From IMG/VR virus record IMGVR_UViG_3300030380_000755, positions 1-62,335 of that record: a stretch of 62,335 bases of DNA. The stretch is one strand, 5' to 3'. The stretch is from a virus. Its lineage: Duplodnaviria > Caudoviricetes. The notes below the pieces were generated by a model. That model had not been told where the DNA came from, searched no databases, and worked only from the letters and a program-made list of their open reading frames with translations. Below, piece by piece: positions 17,901-27,911 of this stretch (within the stretch, counting starts at the first letter, position 1; the number at the start of each line of letters is the position of its first letter). Position numbers and translations under genes: made by a program.

Positions 17901-20900
17901 TGCATTTAAAGAGATACAGCTAAACCAAGTACGCACAGTGTTGTTTGAAAGTGGTTCTGACAGAGTTATGGACGCTAGAGAAAAACGCTTGTTTGAAAAC
18001 CGTAAGAGTTTAGAAGCCGCAGTGCTCGGAGGGTACGCAAACGAAAAAGACTTGCTAGACGCATACCCTGACATATACCCAAATATGTTCGCAGTGCGTG
18101 AAGCTATGAATGACCCTGCATTTGGACGTATGGCATTAGAATTAGGTGCCGTAGTTGGGTTAGACATACCCATGCACCCAATGGTAATTGACGCTATAAA
18201 ACAGGGGAATTTACGCGATGCGCTATCTAATGTAGCAAGCACCAATGGTTCACAACAAGTGCGTCAGATAGCTGCCAAGTTCGCCAACGTAGCAGGTGAC
18301 ACAAAACTTGTTACAGTGAAAAACTTGAAAGCTGAAGACGGACGTGCAGTCGCAGGATTATTTGATCCTAAAACGAACACAATCTCGTTAGACGCAGATA
18401 CTGGTATCAACACGCACACGTTGATCCACGAAATGTCTCATGCAGGTATGTCAGCATCGTTGGCTGATCCTAAGAATGGTTTTGGTATTCAACTTAAAAA
18501 GCTGTTCAAAGACTTAGATGGTCTGCTAGGCACGGCCTACGGCTCAAAAGACCCTGATGAATTTTTAGCTGAAGCGATGGGCAATCAAGAGTTTAGATCA
18601 GAACTTGCGAGCATAAACCCAAAAGGCGAACCTGTCAGTGCACTACAGAGGTTCTTCAATATTGCTAATAACTACCTAAGTAAAATCTTACCGTTTGTTA
18701 AGTCACGTAACCTGACCGCGCTGCAAGAAGTAGACGCGCTTGTGGATGCGTTGTTAGCCCCTGCACCTGTATATCGTTATGCTAATCAAATGGCGATGAT
18801 GACCACGGCAGACGGTGTTAAGAAATTTACGCAAGACGTAGTTGATGCCACACAGAAGACTATAAACAAAGGGAGCCGCGAACAGTTTAAGTTCAGTGTG
18901 CGAGACTTCTTTACTCAAGGGTTCTCAAAAAAATCTAAGAACCTGCTGCTTAGACTTACTGGTCTACAAGGGTTGGGCGACATTGCAGAATCTGTTGGTT
19001 TGGGCAAAATGGGTCACAAGCTAGACGAGTTGGTAGCTAGTCAACGTGGGGAAATTCAGACTGCAAACAAACTCATAGAACGAAAAATTGGAGAAATTTT
19101 AACAAAGCTAAATAAAGGCACCACTGAGCAAGCACAAAAACGCAAAGAAGCCTTGGACCGTTTGATCTACGATAACGACTACGGCGCTACTATTTATCAG
19201 GTAGACCCAACGAAACCACAGGGTACATACATTAATAAAGATGGTAGCCCCCGTATGGACAACGATGGCAATGATCTGTTGGAAGTATGGAACAAGCAAC
19301 GTGCTGATTGGAAAGCATTAGGACCAGAGGGACAAGCTGTATTCAACGAAATGCGTGCAGTGTACAAAGATCAATATGAGAAGTTACGCGCTGTTGTTAT
19401 GAGGCAGATAGACGAGCTAGTACAAAATCCTGACGATGCCAAAAAACTAAAGCGCGACATCTTTGCTAAACTATTTGATGCAAGTACCCTAGATGTATAT
19501 TTCCCGTTGATGCGTGAAGGTGACTACGTGCTACGCTATGAGGTTAAGAACCCTAAGTCATCACGCGAAGCCACCGTGGTACAGACATTTACCACAGACG
19601 CAGAACGTCAAGATGCAGCTAAAATGTTTAGGGCAAACAAAGACTACAAAAATGTAGAAATTGTAGAAGAGGTATCAGCAAGAACATTTAAAGGCACAGG
19701 AGTAGACCCAAGTTTCGCATACGATGCGCTGAGTATTCTGGACAAAAACAAAGTTCCACAAGATGTGAAAGATCAAATAATCAAGTTGTTTATAAACTCC
19801 CTACCTGAGACATCGTTTGCTAAGTCATTGCAGAAACGTAAAGGTACCCCGGGGTACATGCAGGACTCTGTGTATGCTCTTAAGACAAAGGGTTATAGCC
19901 TTGCAAGTCAGACAGCTAAACTAAAATATGGGGCACTTTTACGTCAGTATGAAGCTGACTTAGACGCGTTTGAACAAGTTGCGCTACCTAAAGCCAAAAG
20001 TCTTGTAGGAAAAGGTACGGAACGGCTTACCGCCGCGTTTAATGATGTAAAAGCTGAACTGAAAGATCGTGCGCAGTTTGCGCGAAAAGGCGCGGACAAT
20101 AAAAACATAGAAGCGGTAGCACGTAGACTTAACCAAACCGCGTTTATCTACACTATCGGTTTCAACGCATCGTCTGCTTTGGTCAACCTATCGCAAATCC
20201 CCTTGTTTGTTGCACCGTTCTTGGGGGGAAAACACGGGTACGTAAAAACGTACGCCGCGATCAAGTCTGCATATGGTAATACGTTATTAGGTGGTAAACG
20301 TGGGGGTGGCACAAACTCTATCCTAGACTTCTATGATATATCTGACAAAGGTACATTTACCCTGAAGAAAGGTTTAAAATTACCTGAAGGAAAAGAGGCT
20401 GAACTGAAACGCATGGAAGCCTTGGTGCAAACTGCATCACAACGTGGTCTATTAGGTCAAGGATTTCTCGCAGAAGCCATGGGGCTTAATGAGACTAGCC
20501 GCATCAAAAAAGGTAGTAAGATAGGCAACGCTGTAGACAACGCATCGGTGCTATCCGCTTGGTTGTTTAACCATGCAGAACAGTTGAACCGTCAAGTAAC
20601 CTTGATGGCATCATTTAACCTAGCATTAGATAGTGTAACGAAGGGTAAGGCTAATAAGGCAAGCGAAGCGCAGATAGAAGAAGCTGTAAAACAAGCTATA
20701 TACGACACACAGCAGACAAACGGTGGCACGTTCTTGGAAACCGCACCTAGTATTGCACGAGAAGGTATAGGTCGCGTTGCGTTTATGTACAAAAACTACG
20801 GCCTGCAGATGTATTACACTATGCTAAAGACCGCTAAGACCGCTATGGACAGCGACAAAGGTAAATTGTTTGGAGCAGAAGGATCGCCCGAACGCAAGGC

Positions 20901-21744
20901 CGCAGTAAAACAACTTATAGGTATGCACGGATCAGCGTTGTTCTTTGCAGGTATTCAAGGCTTGCCGTTGTACGGCGCGGTAAAACTTATCGCTAACTTG
21001 TTCTTCTTAGATGACGAAGAAGAAGATTTTGATACAATCGTACGTCAATATACAGGTGAAGGTTGGTACAAAGGCGCAATAACTGAGTTTGCAGGGTTGG
21101 ATGTGGCAAGTCGTATGGCACTTACTGGGCTTCTTATTCAAGAAAACCGCTACAATAGCAATCCATCCCTAGAAGAAACACTAGGTTTCTATGCGGGTGG
21201 CCCTGCACTGAGCGTAGCTAATCGTATAATGCGAGGAAGTAATGACTTGCTGTCGGGAGAAACGCAGCGTGGCATAGAAAGTATACTACCTGCAGGATTA
21301 AGTAATGTATACAAATCAACATTTGGTAGGTACGCACAACAAGGTGGGATTTATACTAGGCGCAATGATCCTATATACGACGATCTTACTAATGGTGATC
21401 TTGTGGCTTTAACTTTGGGAATAAGACCTACCGAGTATTCGTTCCGCACTGAAACGAGTGGGGTATTAAAAAACATAGATATTGCCGTAAACAAAAAACG
21501 TTCTTTCTTAAACAAACAATATTATGTTGCTATGAGTATGGGTGACTACGAAAAGATGATGGATGTGTACGATGACATGATTAAGTTCAATGAGCGTCAT
21601 CCAGAAGCGGCCATAACACCTGATTCTATAGAGCGTTCTATGAAGCGACACGCTGAAACGACAAAAAATATGCACTATGGTAGATCGTTTAGCAGCACGT
21701 ACGGTGCAACAATTAAAGATATACGAGACGCCTTTAAACAATAA
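14989..21744 (+). CDS. Large internal virion (polyvalent-type) protein with a zincin-like metallopeptidase domain
   Basis: 2251 aa; GLFDP..NTI.L....HTLIHEMSH ... EFLAEA motif; last gene of the late arm. Confidence 0.7.
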   Translation: MAIYELTDPNGNKIRVEGPSGATREQIVGIYNNTMAEREREPERRLRAGLENYYGTQRDIAGQIARSRKPTFGDYLGEIPKGLIGGAAGLVETGALGLAALLPEDAENVVRDGIKKAGQAVQDYVPPDFNLEDSIPRKVSEAGGSFAGIIGASLINPVAGATLAVSAGAGEASERARAAGATQEERNLAALKGILPGALELIPATRLVKGIKQVYRGEANPVQLVKNRILRASREGGIEAAQETASSIAQNMIEQGYNPEQGTFEGSGESAGIGFTVGALAQSLLDLATPRTRGGTSDVTDVEPEEFIQEELDLQGGEDAPTRLGLQTNFEGEQGELFPRSDLGQAPERPAERDPRQTEFDFDERVEETREPDLVDRMQQKLLTGPEDLGLTVDSKGEARTRDQKTAARAEGMQVVEQARSEIRNTGEISSDTMQKLRTADVPFEAVSSVLKGTRYEPALDRIEGAEAPAGIAALDTGPRPVQDQASFDAAVARARAGGLGQLTADIAQNEQAAQERARERQALAAAERGDIEAFEQPDLFAIEREQDERKYGRPEPTPEAAQVEEVEQARTDPDLLSLIEQDKAREDSARVRKATEVERQKQEDIDVDTELGLRDMQERVTEPKRRQEDRERSEQLSFRGELRQPKATSKGITPLVKPAVTSANVGELKGAADARSTDAAASGVGIPPIKSSSADGPAEAPESTSDTTTSDKRGMGRSVRGARRTTVSEGTQSDTLDVFDEPINEDAALKEAIDDPKPVQVDLPKQRARKRTKVKSKSKRVTQKAKADTGPGRRNVIGGKATPAGAKRGPIPEGIKGVKRPKPKKPEAKQVAQLYTEETPAVVKEAFGGKQDVATTNPFSDADNKKIKDKLLAGFSKSDKSKKEVAPIVAYLRAYPNPFDGLKLAIFDLVHSTPLATNEKTNDPSAQAAAQARQYMGGVPAKKGQLAPALRAIAWARANLSKEANLRLDRAFKEIQLNQVRTVLFESGSDRVMDAREKRLFENRKSLEAAVLGGYANEKDLLDAYPDIYPNMFAVREAMNDPAFGRMALELGAVVGLDIPMHPMVIDAIKQGNLRDALSNVASTNGSQQVRQIAAKFANVAGDTKLVTVKNLKAEDGRAVAGLFDPKTNTISLDADTGINTHTLIHEMSHAGMSASLADPKNGFGIQLKKLFKDLDGLLGTAYGSKDPDEFLAEAMGNQEFRSELASINPKGEPVSALQRFFNIANNYLSKILPFVKSRNLTALQEVDALVDALLAPAPVYRYANQMAMMTTADGVKKFTQDVVDATQKTINKGSREQFKFSVRDFFTQGFSKKSKNLLLRLTGLQGLGDIAESVGLGKMGHKLDELVASQRGEIQTANKLIERKIGEILTKLNKGTTEQAQKRKEALDRLIYDNDYGATIYQVDPTKPQGTYINKDGSPRMDNDGNDLLEVWNKQRADWKALGPEGQAVFNEMRAVYKDQYEKLRAVVMRQIDELVQNPDDAKKLKRDIFAKLFDASTLDVYFPLMREGDYVLRYEVKNPKSSREATVVQTFTTDAERQDAAKMFRANKDYKNVEIVEEVSARTFKGTGVDPSFAYDALSILDKNKVPQDVKDQIIKLFINSLPETSFAKSLQKRKGTPGYMQDSVYALKTKGYSLASQTAKLKYGALLRQYEADLDAFEQVALPKAKSLVGKGTERLTAAFNDVKAELKDRAQFARKGADNKNIEAVARRLNQTAFIYTIGFNASSALVNLSQIPLFVAPFLGGKHGYVKTYAAIKSAYGNTLLGGKRGGGTNSILDFYDISDKGTFTLKKGLKLPEGKEAELKRMEALVQTASQRGLLGQGFLAEAMGLNETSRIKKGSKIGNAVDNASVLSAWLFNHAEQLNRQVTLMASFNLALDSVTKGKANKASEAQIEEAVKQAIYDTQQTNGGTFLETAPSIAREGIGRVAFMYKNYGLQMYYTMLKTAKTAMDSDKGKLFGAEGSPERKAAVKQLIGMHGSALFFAGIQGLPLYGAVKLIANLFFLDDEEEDFDTIVRQYTGEGWYKGAITEFAGLDVASRMALTGLLIQENRYNSNPSLEETLGFYAGGPALSVANRIMRGSNDLLSGETQRGIESILPAGLSNVYKSTFGRYAQQGGIYTRRNDPIYDDLTNGDLVALTLGIRPTEYSFRTETSGVLKNIDIAVNKKRSFLNKQYYVAMSMGDYEKMMDVYDDMIKFNERHPEAAITPDSIERSMKRHAETTKNMHYGRSFSSTYGATIKDIRDAFKQ

Positions 21745-21767
21745 AAATCCCCCGCACGTGGCGGGGG
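21742..21767 (-). terminator. Intrinsic terminator at the convergence of the two arms
   Basis: cccccgc-acgtg-gcggggg hairpin with a T-tract on the minus strand. Confidence 0.7.
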
Positions 21768-21814
21768 CAGTCGGAGGAGAACGACAAGTTGTCGAGCTTG
21801 TCTCCTAACACGTA

Positions 21815-22042
21815 TCACACTGTCCTCCACATGCGAACCCCAAACATGCCGTTTTCTATACGAATTCTAATTTCTACATCCCAATTTTTGCGATGCGCTA
21901 TATCAAGAAGCTGCTTCCGTGCTTTGACATGGTTTACGCAAGGGATGAAGACAGACGCACCGACTACCACACTATCCCAATCCACAACTATTTTTACTTG
22001 GTCTGGTGTTAAATCATCAAACCTCAGTGGCTTCTGATACAC
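21815..22042 (-). CDS. Small hypothetical protein
   Basis: 75 aa; VG.S.FIP and GVRMWR motifs, resembles 37078-37299. Confidence 0.7.
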   Translation of the reverse strand: MYQKPLRFDDLTPDQVKIVVDWDSVVVGASVFIPCVNHVKARKQLLDIAHRKNWDVEIRIRIENGMFGVRMWRTV

Positions 22043-24842
22043 CGCTAAACCCTACTAATTTCACTGATAGCACCCATATAGATGGTAAATTAAAGTTTGT
22101 GCCTCTAGTCAACCGCATCTTCATACGTTTTGCGCCCATATCTTTCTGCATACCTTCTACCGTACTGGTGTAATCAATCTTCTGTTCTCCAAGCCACATC
22201 TTAAACGCCTTGGGTACAATATATAACATGTTGGTGTCTGTCTCATACCGCGCAACAAACATACCCCGTGGGTTCTGTTCTGGTATAACCATGGGTGTAA
22301 CACCTTCTGCGTTCTGCGCCTTCTCGGTGCTCTTTATTTTAAGAATGCTACCCCAGTGCTCTGTGGTAAATTCGGTAACCAAGGTTTGTACAGACGCAGT
22401 GCTATCATCTACAAACGCCTTCACCCGTATAAGTTGTCCCACTACCCACTTAAATAACTCCTTCACGTCATAGTCCACTATACCTGCGCGTTTAGCCGCC
22501 ACTGCCCCTGCCAATATAGCAGAACATCCCCCAGACCAGAAACGGTTCTTCTGGTTTAACCCTGCGCATTTATCTAATTTTGCTTTGATCCTCTCATAAT
22601 CCGCAGTAACTGCGGCCTTGTTCTCTATCACATACTGCACAAACTCTGGTCCGTAGTGTCCGTAATTTAGCTGTATATCCTTGAATAACGATGCGGATAC
22701 AACAGGGTCCACTTCTACCATGGGTATTTCATCAACTCGTAATTCCAGTAATCGTTGCATCTCTGCTTTGGTATCACCTTTCGCCATAGCCATCTGCGCA
22801 TACATACTTACGTTACCCGAAGACAATGCTATCAAATGCCATGGTCTACCCCTAACACGTTCGTAGTTGCCGCCACCTGCCATCCGGTTCTTCTGCGTTC
22901 CTTCCGATAGCTGATACGCATAATCTGATGCTTGCTTACCGTGTATGTTTGTCATCTCGTCTGTATTCAGTCCAAGATTGTGCATTACCTCGGCAAAGTT
23001 CATACGAGAATTTGGCGTATCCGCTTTAGTCCCTGTAAGCCCACGCGGTTCACCCCATATAGCTGTACCAGTATACATAGCGGTTGTTTTACCGCCCCCT
23101 GTTTCACCGAACAGATGTATGCCCAGACTGTACAAGCCCGTCAAAGGCATTAGAATAGTGCCGAACCCTGCGCATACTGTAAACTGCTGTAGCTCCATAC
23201 CCTCTTGATTGTAAAAATCCAGTATTTCTTTGTGACGTTCTTTAGAGCCTTTAGGTTTAAACTTATGTATATGTCCTGAAGTTTTACTAGACGGTGGATT
23301 ATACTCCATACCACTGGCGGTAATTAATTGATCCCCTAGAACAAACGCGTCCATCTTTTCATCATCCACCCACCCGAACTGTTGATGTGCTTCACTTGCT
23401 GTGGTGGTCTGCTGTAATTCTTTTATCCATGCTGCTGTGTACGCCATTAGTTTATCTATATCCTTCCCATAAGTTACTATACCCTGCATAGACATATGTT
23501 TGCGAAATTCTTCCCTTGAGGTAACCGCAGATAAGGGTACAACAAAATCGCGTGTTCCGTCCCTTGGTAAATGTAGCGCAAACGCTATAACTTCTCCAAG
23601 CTCCACATCGTGCAGTCTCCGCGTAACATAAAAATCATGATGGTATATACATATTTCTTCGGGTTCATCGTCTTCGTTTACGCTGCGTAGATACACACCA
23701 CCATTCTGTCCTCGAAAGTATGGTCGTGGTAACGTAGGTATGGTTATCTGCTTCGTACTGCCCCCATCTATTTCCTCTATAACATTATCTTCTGGCGTAG
23801 CTTCTTTGACTTCTTTTGTAAGCACCGCAGGGGTTGTGATCTTACCTTTGTTTGGGCAACCTTCGCACCCGTCAGGGTTTAGCCGTTCTATCGTGCTACA
23901 AAAGTGTGGACCACCTGTATCTTCCATTTTCTTTAGTGTGCCCTGCACACTGTAATCCTCGTGTCGTGCTGACATAATGTGTGCAGCTTCTGCCCCGTCT
24001 TCGCATACGTTGGCTATGGACAACCCTGCTCGCCATAAGTCATGGGATATGCTGTCTTGATTTTTTATTATGTGTTTGATCTGGTTGCAGCCCGTACCGT
24101 TCTTGGTCTTCAACAACAAACGCTTGAAGCTACCTTTGTAGTTTTGATACATTGCATCTTTGAACGCGCTAACCGCTGATGCCTCGCGTCTCTTGGGTAC
24201 TGGTATCGGCTCATCCCCTAAGAGCGTAGCAAATTTATCAAAGTCTACGGTATTAAAATCCGCTTCTACCCCATAAAACTCTACAGGTAGAGGGTCACCG
24301 TATTTGTGATTATGGGTGCTTGGAACGCGTAAAATACTGGCAGCATCAGATGTACGTGACGGATCGGCGGCAAAACCTTGTTCTTCACATAACATCTTTA
24401 ATCGTTCAGCCACAGGCCACCAATCTTCGCGGCACACAGGTTCAGACAATATCCAATAGGTGTGTACGCCACGCCCTGAGTTCACAAGAGTAGGTGTGGG
24501 CAGACCATTATTTTCACAGAAGTTACGCAGTTCATCAATAGCCACTGCTTGAGATGGAAAGTCTTTGTCGGGACCACAATCTAAATCTAAGAAAAAAGAT
24601 TTCATCCACTGCATGTTACTAGCAGCACGGGTGCTACCATCAAAGAACGTACCCAAAGCAAAGAAAGCGTTCCACCCGTTATCGTTGAGGTCACGCGCTT
24701 TATGTAGTAATTCGTCTATAGACGGGCAAAATGTCTGTTTAATGCTCTCGTTAGGTTTTACACCTTTGTTAGCCCATACGCAGTATTCCCCTTCGTGCGC
24801 TAGAACTAACTCTAAAAATCGTTTTGTTTTCATCACCACCAC
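22017..24842 (-). CDS. Primase-helicase fusion (AEP/RepB-like primase, Cys cluster, DUF927-type helicase)
   Basis: FFLDLD, SGRGVHTYW, ILRVP.T.N.K primase motifs; C..C..CP cluster; Walker A GETGGGKTT. Start may be ATG 24833. Confidence 0.85.
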   Translation of the reverse strand: MVVMKTKRFLELVLAHEGEYCVWANKGVKPNESIKQTFCPSIDELLHKARDLNDNGWNAFFALGTFFDGSTRAASNMQWMKSFFLDLDCGPDKDFPSQAVAIDELRNFCENNGLPTPTLVNSGRGVHTYWILSEPVCREDWWPVAERLKMLCEEQGFAADPSRTSDAASILRVPSTHNHKYGDPLPVEFYGVEADFNTVDFDKFATLLGDEPIPVPKRREASAVSAFKDAMYQNYKGSFKRLLLKTKNGTGCNQIKHIIKNQDSISHDLWRAGLSIANVCEDGAEAAHIMSARHEDYSVQGTLKKMEDTGGPHFCSTIERLNPDGCEGCPNKGKITTPAVLTKEVKEATPEDNVIEEIDGGSTKQITIPTLPRPYFRGQNGGVYLRSVNEDDEPEEICIYHHDFYVTRRLHDVELGEVIAFALHLPRDGTRDFVVPLSAVTSREEFRKHMSMQGIVTYGKDIDKLMAYTAAWIKELQQTTTASEAHQQFGWVDDEKMDAFVLGDQLITASGMEYNPPSSKTSGHIHKFKPKGSKERHKEILDFYNQEGMELQQFTVCAGFGTILMPLTGLYSLGIHLFGETGGGKTTAMYTGTAIWGEPRGLTGTKADTPNSRMNFAEVMHNLGLNTDEMTNIHGKQASDYAYQLSEGTQKNRMAGGGNYERVRGRPWHLIALSSGNVSMYAQMAMAKGDTKAEMQRLLELRVDEIPMVEVDPVVSASLFKDIQLNYGHYGPEFVQYVIENKAAVTADYERIKAKLDKCAGLNQKNRFWSGGCSAILAGAVAAKRAGIVDYDVKELFKWVVGQLIRVKAFVDDSTASVQTLVTEFTTEHWGSILKIKSTEKAQNAEGVTPMVIPEQNPRGMFVARYETDTNMLYIVPKAFKMWLGEQKIDYTSTVEGMQKDMGAKRMKMRLTRGTNFNLPSIWVLSVKLVGFSGVSEATEV

Positions 24843-24892
24843 TCATACCATAAGAGTAACCACGACCACCGTAGTAGCCGTGGCATTTTGTT

Positions 24893-25621
24893 TTAGTCCT
24901 CGTCGTCAAATAAATCGTCTACGATATCATTAAGATCGCCATTTGACTTAGAGTTTACCGCTGCTTTTTTCGCAGTCTTTTTTACTGGTTTCTCATCAAA
25001 CCCATCGTCGTCTTCATCGACTTCTATGGCAGGTTTCATCTCCAAGACATTGTTTGTCTTAGCCTCGGCTTTGAATGGGTTTGGGTCTTCTACCACAAAA
25101 CCACCTTCCACCTTGCCGAATGGGTTGGCGCGTTCCATCGGAACATACTTAGTAACCTGCACAGCGGTTAGTCGTAATGACACGCTTTGGTTTCCTCCAA
25201 AGTCATATGGCACCAACTTCACAGCCACATTGACAGTACTGCCAGTAGTCAACTGAAAGTCTGCTGCTAGTGTGTTACCCTGTGAATCGTACTGGGCGGG
25301 TCTGTCAGTTACCTGACCGTTATACGCGCCCTTCAACGTGGCTTTGTGCGTAAACGTACCATTGTCATCTTTGACGAACGGGTTAGCCAGTTTCTCTGCC
25401 CATTTATCTTCGCGGTTTGCCATGTAGCAAGCACTCATAGCTTTGAACAAAGCCTTTGCCGTAGGTTGATCCATACGAAATTGGATAGAAAACTCCGCAT
25501 TAGTATCACGCGGACCGCAAGGCATACTGCGGTTAACTTTTTTGTCAAACGCATAGGTTTGATCTATGCGCGGCCATAGGGCTTCAATACCCTCAATTAT
25601 ATATGTGTCGGCCAATGTCAT
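24893..25621 (-). CDS. Single-stranded DNA-binding protein (T7 gp2.5-like)
   Basis: GS.V.V....PY......SLRL.AVQV motif; acidic tail ending LFDDED. Confidence 0.75.
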   Translation of the reverse strand: MTLADTYIIEGIEALWPRIDQTYAFDKKVNRSMPCGPRDTNAEFSIQFRMDQPTAKALFKAMSACYMANREDKWAEKLANPFVKDDNGTFTHKATLKGAYNGQVTDRPAQYDSQGNTLAADFQLTTGSTVNVAVKLVPYDFGGNQSVSLRLTAVQVTKYVPMERANPFGKVEGGFVVEDPNPFKAEAKTNNVLEMKPAIEVDEDDDGFDEKPVKKTAKKAAVNSKSNGDLNDIVDDLFDDED

Positions 25622-25633
25622 TCTCCTTTCTGG

Positions 25634-25891
25634 TTATATGTCTGCATCAGCACCGAAATCGAATTCGAGCTGTTCTGATACAGGCTCGTTACGTATCTCG
25701 GCTTGTTCTGCTTCCTTGGCGGTGCTTGTCAACGCTTCAGTTACAGAAGTCTTGTTAAAACGGTATGTGTTACCGATCTTAATGTACGTGGATTTAGGGA
25801 TATGCCCCTGTCTTACCCATGCACGGATAGTAGAAATGGACACTGCAAAATGCTTTGCCAAATCTTCTATTGGTACGAATGGTTCTGCCAT
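25634..25891 (-). CDS. Excisionase-like (HTH_17) DNA-binding protein
   Basis: IEDLAKHFAVSISTIRAWVRQGHIP...KIGNTYRF. Confidence 0.8.
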   Translation of the reverse strand: MAEPFVPIEDLAKHFAVSISTIRAWVRQGHIPKSTYIKIGNTYRFNKTSVTEALTSTAKEAEQAEIRNEPVSEQLEFDFGADADI

Positions 25892-26292
25892 TATTTTTTC
25901 CTTACTGATATGACGTACTCGGTGTCTACGTTCATGCCTTTAGGCATAACGTCTGGGTTTTCCTCCAAAAACTGTTTTATATTAGTCTGGTTCAACCTTT
26001 TGTCTAAGAACTCAGGTACATCATGCTCCTTAATGAAATTGTACATTTGTTCCCAGTCGCTAGTCCAATACTTGGTTTTACTAGACCGAAAAAATAAACC
26101 TTCGGAGGTTCTAACGCTCTCGACATTGTGGTTTTCACAGTAGTCCAGTAGCGCGTTCTTCAAGATTTCCTGTTGGCGAACCAACGCTCCATCTTCTTCT
26201 TTGTACCTTGCCGATAGCTCCGCTCTTTTTGCCCGTAATTTTATGTAGGCTTTGGTCAGCTTATCTGCAGGGATGTCGGACGCGTCCTTCAT
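25891..26292 (-). CDS. Hypothetical coiled-coil protein of the replication module (possibly Gam-like)
   Basis: N-terminal coiled coil, VRT..G, DW..., PKG motifs; SD GGAG. Confidence 0.6.
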   Translation of the reverse strand: MKDASDIPADKLTKAYIKLRAKRAELSARYKEEDGALVRQQEILKNALLDYCENHNVESVRTSEGLFFRSSKTKYWTSDWEQMYNFIKEHDVPEFLDKRLNQTNIKQFLEENPDVMPKGMNVDTEYVISVRKK

Positions 26293-26320
26293 ATGCGTTC
26301 TCCTAGTTAACGAGAATTAC

Positions 26321-26349
26321 ACTTTAGTTATTAAATGTAACTTAGTCAA
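26321..26349 (-). promoter_or_regulatory. Putative sigma70-type promoter
   Basis: TTGACT-17 nt-TAAAGT on the minus strand upstream of 26292. Confidence 0.55.
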
Positions 26350-27877
26350 GTAATTCTTTGTAAAGGTCAATCATTTTTGTGTGAACGTCTATTCTGTTAT
26401 TTAATAATGAATAAATACGCTTTTCCACGGCAGAACCTTGTAGCTGCACGACTGTACAACGATGCTTCTGACCTGACCTATGAACCCTAGCGTTAGCTTG
26501 AGCGTATGTTTCTAGTGAAGACGTTGGTCCCCACCATACCACGGTATTGGCTGCTGTTAACGTAACACCATGTGCTGCCGACTGCGGTTGGATGACTAGC
26601 ACCCTTGGATCGGGGGTATTTTGGAACCGTTTAAAGATGTCGGTTCGTTGCGCTACGGGTACGTCCCCCCGTATTACTTCTGTAGACACCCCGTCAGTAC
26701 GCAACTTATCTGTTAATATGTCAATAGTATGTTTGAAAGGTACGAACACCAAAACCTTTTGACTGCTCTCATCAATCACCTCTTTCAATACTTTGTATCT
26801 GTGTTTGATGTCGAACTCTAACGTATCACCTTCATCGGTATAAACCGCCCCTGCGGATATTTGCAGTAGTTTATTCATAATAATTGCCGCGTTCATTGCG
26901 GTTACTTCATCATCACCCACTGTCATGGTCATGCGTTTGCGCAACGTGTCGTAGTATTTTTTCTGTTGTCGAGTAAGTTCAACGTGTCGGTTTGTGTATG
27001 TCATGTCAGGTAGATCAAGACATTCATCTTTGGTAAACCGTATGGCAGGTTGTAGTATGTTAAAAACTGTATCCGATGCGTGAGGTTTTATCGTCCACCT
27101 AAATTGTGATACCTTGGTCATCACCATATCACGGAAAGAACTAAAGAACCGTGGCACAGAATTTGGATTGATTAACTTAGCAAGGCCGTAGGCATCCAAT
27201 GGGGATTGAGCAGCAGGTGTACCTGTCATCAACCACAACCACGTATTTTCATTCACAATACGCCGTAATACCTTCCACCGTTTGGATCGTGCGTTCTTGT
27301 AATGAGTAGCTTCATCAACAATAATCAGATCGAACCCACCGTTTATGATGTCTTCGGCTACAATCTCAACACCGTCATAGTTTATTATGACAAACTCAGA
27401 ACCTTGCTGGATTATCTCGCGGCGTTTTTTAGCTGCACCATATGCTATTGATACACTGCGATGCGGTGTGAACGTAAACAGGTCTTCACGCCACGCGCTA
27501 TCCATAATCGACAAGGGACATATAACCAACACGCGTTTTATTTTGCCTTGCTTCATTAAAAAGTCCGCTGCCCAGATAGAAGAAGCGGTTTTACCTGTAC
27601 CCTGCTCGTTAAAACAGAACGACTTCTTATTCATGGTAAAAAAGGCTGCGGTTTTCTTTTGATGGTCAAACGGGGCGTACTTACCTGTCCACGTGTATCT
27701 ACCGTTGATAGGAGATGGTACATTTATATTTAATTTGCGTAGTGTATGCGCTTCGTCAATACCCCATTTTACCAATACTTCATGGTCTTGTACTGACTTG
27801 CTTTTGGGTATCGTTTCTGTGACACGTTTTGGGTTACGCAGCTTGAGCAGCAGCGCCTTACCATCGACTATTCTCAT
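26342..27877 (-). CDS. SNF2-family helicase
   Basis: EQGTGKT, IIVDEATH, MTGTP, QANARVHRSGQ motifs. Confidence 0.92.
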   Translation of the reverse strand: MRIVDGKALLLKLRNPKRVTETIPKSKSVQDHEVLVKWGIDEAHTLRKLNINVPSPINGRYTWTGKYAPFDHQKKTAAFFTMNKKSFCFNEQGTGKTASSIWAADFLMKQGKIKRVLVICPLSIMDSAWREDLFTFTPHRSVSIAYGAAKKRREIIQQGSEFVIINYDGVEIVAEDIINGGFDLIIVDEATHYKNARSKRWKVLRRIVNENTWLWLMTGTPAAQSPLDAYGLAKLINPNSVPRFFSSFRDMVMTKVSQFRWTIKPHASDTVFNILQPAIRFTKDECLDLPDMTYTNRHVELTRQQKKYYDTLRKRMTMTVGDDEVTAMNAAIIMNKLLQISAGAVYTDEGDTLEFDIKHRYKVLKEVIDESSQKVLVFVPFKHTIDILTDKLRTDGVSTEVIRGDVPVAQRTDIFKRFQNTPDPRVLVIQPQSAAHGVTLTAANTVVWWGPTSSLETYAQANARVHRSGQKHRCTVVQLQGSAVEKRIYSLLNNRIDVHTKMIDLYKELLD

Positions 27878-27888
27878 GTAATCCTCCT

Positions 27889-27908
27889 ATTTAGGGAATT
27901 CCCTAAAT
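27889..27908. promoter_or_regulatory. TTTAGGG-N4-CCCTAAA palindrome, copy 1
   Basis: atttagggaattccctaaat abutting the AGGAGG SD of the helicase gene. Confidence 0.8.
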
Positions 27909-27911
27909 GGT

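Noticed and set aside
6046-18245. Long antisense ORFs (e.g. 7687-8565, 10000-10806, 15654-16418, 16440-17654)
   Set aside because: They are shadows of long sense-strand genes, Ser-rich and without recognisable motifs.
25634-25891. Excisionase implying a prophage
   Set aside because: No integrase, att site or host flanking genes were recognised; HTH_17 proteins are common in phage replication modules.
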